From positions 64,001-128,000 of the forward strand of contig CAVVMW010000024.1 of the NCBI GenBank assembly GCA_963749495.1: a stretch of DNA of 64,000 nt, written 5' to 3'. Source of the stretch: an uncultured bacterium (GTDB lineage: Bacteria; Verrucomicrobiota; Verrucomicrobiia; Limisphaerales; UBA8199). A model generated the notes under the pieces. That model did not search any database and was not told the DNA's origin. It saw nothing but the letters and a program-made list of their open reading frames with translations. The position numbers and the translations under genes are program-made. Shown here piece by piece: positions 58,028 to 64,000 of this stretch (positions are counted from its first letter, which is position 1; every line of letters starts with the position of its first letter).

Positions 58028-58807
58028 ATGAACGGAAACCACGTCCGGGATTGGAACACCAGGCCGGCTCGAGTCGGGTGCGCAAGGATTGGATTCACGT
58101 TGATCGAGTTGTTGGTCGTCATCGCCATTATAGCCATCCTGGCGGCGATGCTGTTGCCGGCGTTGACCCGAGCCAAGGAGGCGAGCAAGCGCATGGCCTG
58201 CCTCAGCAACCTCAAGCAAATCGGCCTCGCTTTGAACCTCTACACCAACGTCAACGGAAACAAGCTGCCCTCGGCAATGTCCTACGGGGCGCTCCGCGGT
58301 CCGAATGCGGAACAGAATGCCGCCAACGTGGTCCAGTTCACCGATATGTACGCCGGGGTGCCCAAGGACCTGAATCTCCCCAACTCCCGTGTCTTCTGGT
58401 GCCCGAGCGACCGGTTCAGTTTTCCGACCAACAAACCGAATGGCACCCTCGACACCACCAACAGCTACAGCTCTTATCGCTACCGCTTCGTTATTTGGTA
58501 CAATACCGTTCTCACGCCCGGCCTGAAGACCACGGACTTGTTCAAGCCGGTGGCACAGATCGTTTATCATGAGAACGCGGACAATCATTACCGGCGCCAG
58601 GACAGCTCATACGTCACCATCCAGCCCACGCTCAATGCCATTTATGGCGATTTTCACGCCTCCCTATGGAAGGTGCTGTTTCGGCAAAACCCATTGCCCC
58701 ACTACTACGACCCGAACTGGTTCAGCTACGGGCCACCCAATGGAGCCCTCAACACCGACAGCCCCAATTTCGGCGGCGATGTGCACACCGGCTGGGACTT
58801 GAAGTAA
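58028..58807 (+). CDS. Prepilin-type N-terminal methylation domain protein
   Basis: [38 protein letters not shown]. Confidence 0.85.
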   Translation: MNGNHVRDWNTRPARVGCARIGFTLIELLVVIAIIAILAAMLLPALTRAKEASKRMACLSNLKQIGLALNLYTNVNGNKLPSAMSYGALRGPNAEQNAANVVQFTDMYAGVPKDLNLPNSRVFWCPSDRFSFPTNKPNGTLDTTNSYSSYRYRFVIWYNTVLTPGLKTTDLFKPVAQIVYHENADNHYRRQDSSYVTIQPTLNAIYGDFHASLWKVLFRQNPLPHYYDPNWFSYGPPNGALNTDSPNFGGDVHTGWDLK

Positions 58808-58995
58808 CGCATCATAAGGGATCGCCGTGACGCAACCGGATCCCTCTTGCCGGCCGGGACACAGGGGCAGTTGCAGAGTTCCCGCATGGACGAGAGGCGC
58901 GTGTGCCGCCCCGCCCGGGCACACGACAAGATCGTCAGCCGTATGGCGTCGTTTAGTCAGCTTGGCTCCGGCGCATCCCCACTGCTGCGGTTTGG

Positions 58996-59376
58996 TCAGC
59001 TTCCCGCAACCTGGTTGCACACCGGGTGCCAGAGTTCGATGAGGTCGTGCTCCTCAGAGCAGCGGGCCGCCTGGCCGATAGTGGAGAGATGGACATGGAT
59101 ATGAGTGGCGCCCTGGGCCATGGCGTCCTGGGTGGTGATGTGCCCTTCCAGCCGCTGCTTCAATGCGCGGGTCTGGGCGATATAGAGGGGCACCCAACTC
59201 CCATCCTCGGACTGCCCGGCGTATATATAATTGGCCGGCACCGGCGGGAACTGGGCGTCGATGGGGTGGATCTCATAGGGGTATTGGGTTCCAGACTGCC
59301 CAGGCCAGTTGATGAAAGGCGAGGGTGCGGTCTCGGTCTGTTGGTTCCGGTGAAACATGCGGCTTAGGAGGCTCAT
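58996..59376 (-). CDS. Hypothetical protein, GIY-YIG-like
   Basis: NYIY...LYIAQT..LKQRL..H...E.DLI pattern. Confidence 0.55.
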   Translation of the reverse strand: MSLLSRMFHRNQQTETAPSPFINWPGQSGTQYPYEIHPIDAQFPPVPANYIYAGQSEDGSWVPLYIAQTRALKQRLEGHITTQDAMAQGATHIHVHLSTIGQAARCSEEHDLIELWHPVCNQVAGS

Positions 59377-59431
59377 AATAGGCTGCTTTGGCGCCCCTCC
59401 GGGTAGGGCAGACACTCCTGTCTGCCGGCAA

Positions 59432-59640
59432 GAGGGGCTTTCCAGACCGGCGTCGGACTGGCGGCTGAAAAGACGCGCTAACCTGACCGGCAGGCACGAA
59501 AGCCCGCCCTACGGGGACAGGCTGTTGAGTTCGCAGCGAAGACCACTTGCCGGGCTTAACGAGGTAGGGGTCAAGGCAGGGACGAAAACGACCCTGGCCA
59601 CGAACCAAGTTCCAACCGCCCGGGCTGGAAAAGGACTTCC
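59432..59640. ncRNA. Candidate structured ncRNA (6S-like rod)
   Basis: Complementary ends (CTTTCCAGACCGGCG..GGACTGG / CCAAGTTCC..CGCCCGGGCTGGAAAAG) and an inner stem CCGGCAGG/CTTGCCGG; about 200 nt. Confidence 0.4.
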
Positions 59641-59862
59641 GCCCGGCTGTTCAATCTTGTCAGCCCCTTTTTTCAAATTGCCGTGGTTTTGTCAAGCAGA
59701 TTCTGAAGAAAGGGCCATTTCCACTCCAAAGTAATGCTGGCGGCGTTGCGCCTTTGGCCGCTCCCGGTAAATCCCCTGGACCATTTCTAGCCGCGCCCCC
59801 AATTGCGCCGCGCCGGGCGGGTGTGACAAGGTAGCGCCGTAGTTGACGAGTGTTGATGAGCC

Positions 59863-60297
59863 ATGCGCGACCAGACCCTGCATTCTCTTTTCGGAAGCAG
59901 ACACATCCTGTTGGTGGAGGACGATCCACGGCTGCGGGAGGCCATGAGACTGTTCCTCTACCTGGAGGGGTGCGTGGTCACGGAGGCGGAAAATGGACGC
60001 AGGGCCTGCCTCTGCTTCACACCGGGCGATTTCGACCTGGTGATTACAGACTACTCGATGCCCGAGATGAACGGTGACGAACTGGCCAGGACCCTCAAGT
60101 GCCTGGTGCCGTCCCAGTTGATCCTCATGATGGCGGCCCGGGCGGAGGAGTTCTGGACCCGCGGCAGCCCCGCGGACCTGCTCATCGAGAAGCCCTTCAA
60201 GATGGCCGAGCTGCGCCAGACGGTGGCGACACTGCTCTCTTCGCAGCAACCGGGTCCCTCGCCGGGCCTCTGCAAGGGAACCCTGAGCCGCCGCTAA
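59863..60297 (+). CDS. Stand-alone response regulator receiver protein
   Basis: ILLVEDD, DLVITDYSMPEMNG, KPF. Confidence 0.88.
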   Translation: MRDQTLHSLFGSRHILLVEDDPRLREAMRLFLYLEGCVVTEAENGRRACLCFTPGDFDLVITDYSMPEMNGDELARTLKCLVPSQLILMMAARAEEFWTRGSPADLLIEKPFKMAELRQTVATLLSSQQPGPSPGLCKGTLSRR

Positions 60298-60429
60298 ATC
60301 GAACCACGCGAGGTTGGGAGAGCCCGGCGTGAGCATCCGGGCGCAGGGCTGTCCATTATTCGATGTTTGACTTGTCTTGCATGCTGTCCTACTGTCATAG
60401 GATAGACGGTATCCCGGCTGAGTTTTGAC

Positions 60430-61236
60430 ATGAAACCGCGCGACACTCCGGTCATCGAAGTCGAGAGCTTGGGTAAGAGCTACGGTGAGTTTCCGGCCGT
60501 GTGCGACTTGAGCTTTACCGTTCACCCCGGCCAGATCGTCGGCCTTGTGGGCCCCAACGGCGCCGGCAAGACCACCGCCCTGCGCGCCATCGCCGGCATC
60601 CTCCGTCCCACCGCCGGCAGCATCCGGGTGGGCGGGTTCGACCTCGGGGCGGAACCGGTGGCCGCCAAACGGCAGTTCGCCTACGTCCCGGACACGGTAC
60701 ACCCTTACGATTTGCTGACGGTGACGGAGCATCTGCACTTTATCGCGCTGGCCTACCGGATTGAGGGGGCGGAAGCCAAATACGCGGCGCTGCTCGAGGA
60801 AGTGGGGCTGGCGGACAAACGAGACGAAATGGCGGCCAACCTCTCGCGCGGCATGCTGCAGAAGCTCTCGCTGGCGTGCGCGTTCGTGCGCGAGCCGCGG
60901 GTTGTCATCCTGGACGAACCGCTGACCGGCTTGGATCCGCGCGGCATCCGCGACATCCGGGAATCCATTCGCCGCCGCGCCGCCAACGGCATGGCCTTCC
61001 TGCTCTCCTCCCACTTGCTCGGGCTGGTCGAGGCCCTGTGCGACCAGGTGCTCATTCTGGACCGGGGACGGAAGGTGGCCTTTGGCTCGCTGGAGGAGAT
61101 TCGGCGCCTGGCCACCGTACACGCAGGGGCCTCGCTCGAGGATGTGTTTTTCGCCGTGACCGAGCGAGAGGAGGTTTCCCAGGGCGAAACCGGGAGACCA
61201 GTGGCTGAGCCCGAACCATTCAGTTCAAGCAAATGA
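60430..61236 (+). CDS. ABC transporter ATP-binding protein
   Basis: GPNGAGKTT, LSRG, LDEP and SSH motifs. Confidence 0.92.
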   Translation: MKPRDTPVIEVESLGKSYGEFPAVCDLSFTVHPGQIVGLVGPNGAGKTTALRAIAGILRPTAGSIRVGGFDLGAEPVAAKRQFAYVPDTVHPYDLLTVTEHLHFIALAYRIEGAEAKYAALLEEVGLADKRDEMAANLSRGMLQKLSLACAFVREPRVVILDEPLTGLDPRGIRDIRESIRRRAANGMAFLLSSHLLGLVEALCDQVLILDRGRKVAFGSLEEIRRLATVHAGASLEDVFFAVTEREEVSQGETGRPVAEPEPFSSSK

Positions 61237-62975
61237 GCCTCGCGCAAAGCCCGCAAAGGATGAAATCGAGGGCTCGCTGGCCGATTCACGCGCTGGCCTA
61301 CCTTTGGCTGAGGTTGTTGAAGCGCCGGCTGCTGCAATCGGCGCGCGGGTTGCGCCGGCCGACCACCCTGATCGGAGCCGTCGGCGTGACAAGCCTGGTG
61401 GGCTGCTTGTTTTACTACCGGCACGAGGAGATATTCGCCCAGGTGGTGCGGCCCGAGAGCCTCGCGGGCGGCGCCCTGGTGATGCTCTGCGGCTCGCTTT
61501 TCAAAGGGTTCCTCCAACGTGGATTGGCCTTCGCGCCGCCGGACATCGAGTTCATCTTCACGAGTCCGTTCACCCAGCGGCAGGTGGTGTGCTATCGCCT
61601 CATGCCCAGTTATTTATACGCGCTGGCGCAAGGGATTGTCTTTGCCGCTTTGTTCCAACCCCACCTGCACCGGCCCGTGCTTGCGGGGGCCTGCCTGGTC
61701 CTGTTCCAGCTCGTGTGTTTTCATGTCGCCACGGCGGCGGCGATTTGGGCCGGCACGCTGTCGGATGCGGTGCACCATCGCATCCGCTGCATGATGCTGG
61801 GCGCGTTTTTTGTCGAGGGGGCGTTATATCTGCGGGTTGCATGGGAGATCAAACTGGTGCCCGCCGCCGCGGCGGCGCCGCTGGCGCAGCTCCTGTTCTA
61901 TCCCGCGGTCAGCTTGTCCGACACGGCGAATGCGCCGGCCCTGCACCACTGGGCGGCCTCGATGGCCCGGGGTGGCGGCTTGGGCGGCGGGCGGTTCTGG
62001 GAGCCCGCGCTTTACCTCGCCGGCTTCGCCGCAGCGACCGTCCTGAGTTTGTGGTGGCTGCTGCGGCTCAAGGCCAACATTTTCGAGGCCTCCTTGGCGA
62101 CAACCGTCGCGGTGACCGAGCGGCGGCACCGGCTCCGACAAGGACGCGCGGTGGACGCCGGGCCCAGCCGCGCCCGCTCGGCTCGCCTGCCGCGGCTCGC
62201 GCTGTTTCAAGGCTCCGGGGCGATCGTGTGGAAGAACCTGCTGGCGGCCCGGCGCTCGAGACGGGAACTCCTGGTCGCCTTCGTGTTTACCGCTATCTAT
62301 ACGTGCATGCTGACGGCGTTGCTCTGGAAATTCAACCAGATCAGGACTGAAGCTCTCAAGGATCCTAGGCTTGGACCCGGGATCGCTGAGGATGTTGTGA
62401 GGGTGTCGAGGACCTTCTGTGCCGGCGTGATTTTGTTCCTCGGCGCCCTGGCTTTCTTCCTGCAACGGATGTTCCCGTTCGACTTCCGCCGCGACGCCCG
62501 GCACGCGGCGGGCTTTCGGACGTTGCCGGCGCACCCGTTCGCTTTGGTGCTGGCTGAGGTCTCGGTTCCGGCGGGACTGGTGCTCCTGTGCCAGGTGGTG
62601 GGACTGGTTCCGCTCTTTTTCTATGGCTGGTCGCAGTGGCCGCTCATACTGCTGCTGGCCTCGGGCTTTCCCGCCGTGGCCCTGGCGTTGAACTCGGTCT
62701 GGAACCTGCACCATCTGCTGGCGGCGAGCCGCTGCGCGGGCGGACCCCCGGAATCCGCCAGCGCGGTCGGGACGCTCATGGTCGTGGCCTTGTCGTTCCT
62801 GGTGTTCTTCCCAGCCGCATGGACGTTCGGCAAACTGGACCCGCACTTTCCAACAGGGGGACACGTCTTCCTTGCCGCCGGCATCGGTATCGGCATCCAA
62901 TACCTCGTGGACCTTGCGCTGCTCCTGGTGCTGGCGCGTCTGTTCCAACGGTTCGAGGCGGGACGGGAGGGGTGA
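61233..62975 (+). CDS. Putative ABC exporter permease
   Basis: Multi-TM protein translationally coupled to the ATPase. Confidence 0.75.
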   Translation: MSLAQSPQRMKSRARWPIHALAYLWLRLLKRRLLQSARGLRRPTTLIGAVGVTSLVGCLFYYRHEEIFAQVVRPESLAGGALVMLCGSLFKGFLQRGLAFAPPDIEFIFTSPFTQRQVVCYRLMPSYLYALAQGIVFAALFQPHLHRPVLAGACLVLFQLVCFHVATAAAIWAGTLSDAVHHRIRCMMLGAFFVEGALYLRVAWEIKLVPAAAAAPLAQLLFYPAVSLSDTANAPALHHWAASMARGGGLGGGRFWEPALYLAGFAAATVLSLWWLLRLKANIFEASLATTVAVTERRHRLRQGRAVDAGPSRARSARLPRLALFQGSGAIVWKNLLAARRSRRELLVAFVFTAIYTCMLTALLWKFNQIRTEALKDPRLGPGIAEDVVRVSRTFCAGVILFLGALAFFLQRMFPFDFRRDARHAAGFRTLPAHPFALVLAEVSVPAGLVLLCQVVGLVPLFFYGWSQWPLILLLASGFPAVALALNSVWNLHHLLAASRCAGGPPESASAVGTLMVVALSFLVFFPAAWTFGKLDPHFPTGGHVFLAAGIGIGIQYLVDLALLLVLARLFQRFEAGREG

Positions 62976-63683
62976 TGAAAAGGACCATGAATCCCCCGGA
63001 GGCGAGCCCCGCTGCAACGATGTCGTTTTGCAGCAGGCTCGTGAATCTGTTCCCCTGCCCGGGCGAGGTCTTCGATGCGGTTGCCGGGGCGCCGACAAGG
63101 CTCTCAAATTGGCTGGTGCCGACACTCTTGGCTGCGCTGGCCGGCGTGTTTCTGGCCAATGTGGCCGGCTGCAACGGAGCAAGCTGCGGCCGCGGCCGCC
63201 CAACTCATAGAGGCCCAAACGGTGCCACCGGCCCCGGGGGCGGCGTTGGGCGCGCACTGGGAAGAGACTTCGGCAGCGATCGCGGCGCTCGGGGCCTTTG
63301 CCGGGACCTGCTGGTCGGCGTTCCTGCTGTGGTTCATCAGCCGCGCATTCCTGAAAGTGCGAATCGCTTATTTGAAGGCCATGGAGATAGCCGGCCTGAG
63401 CGGCATGGTGCTGGCGCTTGGGGCCGTGACAACCATGCTGCTCATTGCCGCAACCGGTGACGCAGCGGCGCGGCCGGCCCTATCATTGCTCGCGCCCCAT
63501 TTGCCGGCCGCCAGCCATCTGCGCGCTTTGTTGGAGTGGGCCAACGTGTTCTACGTGTGGGCGACGGTTCTGCTGGGAATCGGATTGACGAAGCTGACCG
63601 GCGTATCGTTCAAGGAATGCGCGTTTTGGGTTTTTGGCTATTGGATGGTGCTTCGGCTGGGAATCCTTGTGCTGGCGTGGTAA
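62975..63683 (+). CDS. Yip1-like membrane protein (frameshift near 63160)
   Basis: RLVNLF..PGEVF..WLVP followed by TM helices in a second frame. Confidence 0.6.
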
Positions 63684-63701
63684 CTGTTCAGGTCGGGACG
63701 C

Positions 63702-63815
63702 GTGGGGCAGACCTCCGGTCTGCCGGTTGCAGGGGCCTCTGGCCCCGAGTCTCGCAACTGCAAGGGACACGGAGCCGGAGGCTCCGTGAACCGGCAGACC
63801 AGAGGTCTGCCCCAC
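63702..63815. repeat. REP-like inverted pair (GTGGGGCAGACCTCCGGTCTGCCGGTT)
   Basis: Near-perfect long inverted repeat between convergent genes. Confidence 0.7.
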
Positions 63816-63844
63816 ATGTGAACAGTTACCAGACGTGAAGCGGT

Positions 63845-64000
63845 TCATTCCAGCCGGATCGAACGGATCTCGATCTTCACCCCCGAGGCAGTCGTTGGGT
63901 CGAAGCGCAACGAGGTGACGCAGCCGGCCCAGTGCTCGTTTTGGCCGACTGGGAAGGAGCAGGCGTGGAACCGGCCGTCCTCCTCCACCGGCGCCGTCAC
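63845..64000 (-). CDS. C-terminal end of a gene cut by the window edge (carbohydrate-binding-like tail)
   Basis: Open frame ..WAGCVTSLRFDP..IEIRSIRLE*. Confidence 0.55.
   Translation of the reverse strand: MTAPVEEDGRFHACSFPVGQNEHWAGCVTSLRFDPTTASGVKIEIRSIRLE

Overview
High-GC bacterial chromosomal segment. The gene content (prepilin-type N-methylation proteins, PQQ-like propeller, double-length UvrA, REP-rich intergenic DNA) suggests Verrucomicrobiota; this is inference. Housekeeping content: araA, uvrA split into two halves, rnd, acyl-CoA ligase, ndk, mutT, ugd, F1Fo ATP synthase operon, cysI-H-D-NC, panD, rdgB, nusB, ftsY, ribD/ribE and an ABC exporter. About a dozen single-base frameshifts, some in essential genes, point to long-read or assembly errors. 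Main discovery: a 2,938-bp element (32217-35154) encoding a large serine recombinase (LSR) and two small proteins sits precisely inside a REP-like palindrome. It has a GG dinucleotide on each side and imperfect inverted att arms, and an intact empty copy of the target repeat is present at 42575-42779. Rejoining the element ends into a circle fuses an ATG overlapping the LSR stop codon in frame to the first small gene, so that gene appears complete only in the excised circle. Also present: a REPtron-like Y1 transposase with inverted palindromic flanks, several REP/REPIN families, a 188-bp tandem array, heptamer-repeat cassettes translated in frame inside UvrA and RdgB, and a candidate 6S-like structured RNA.
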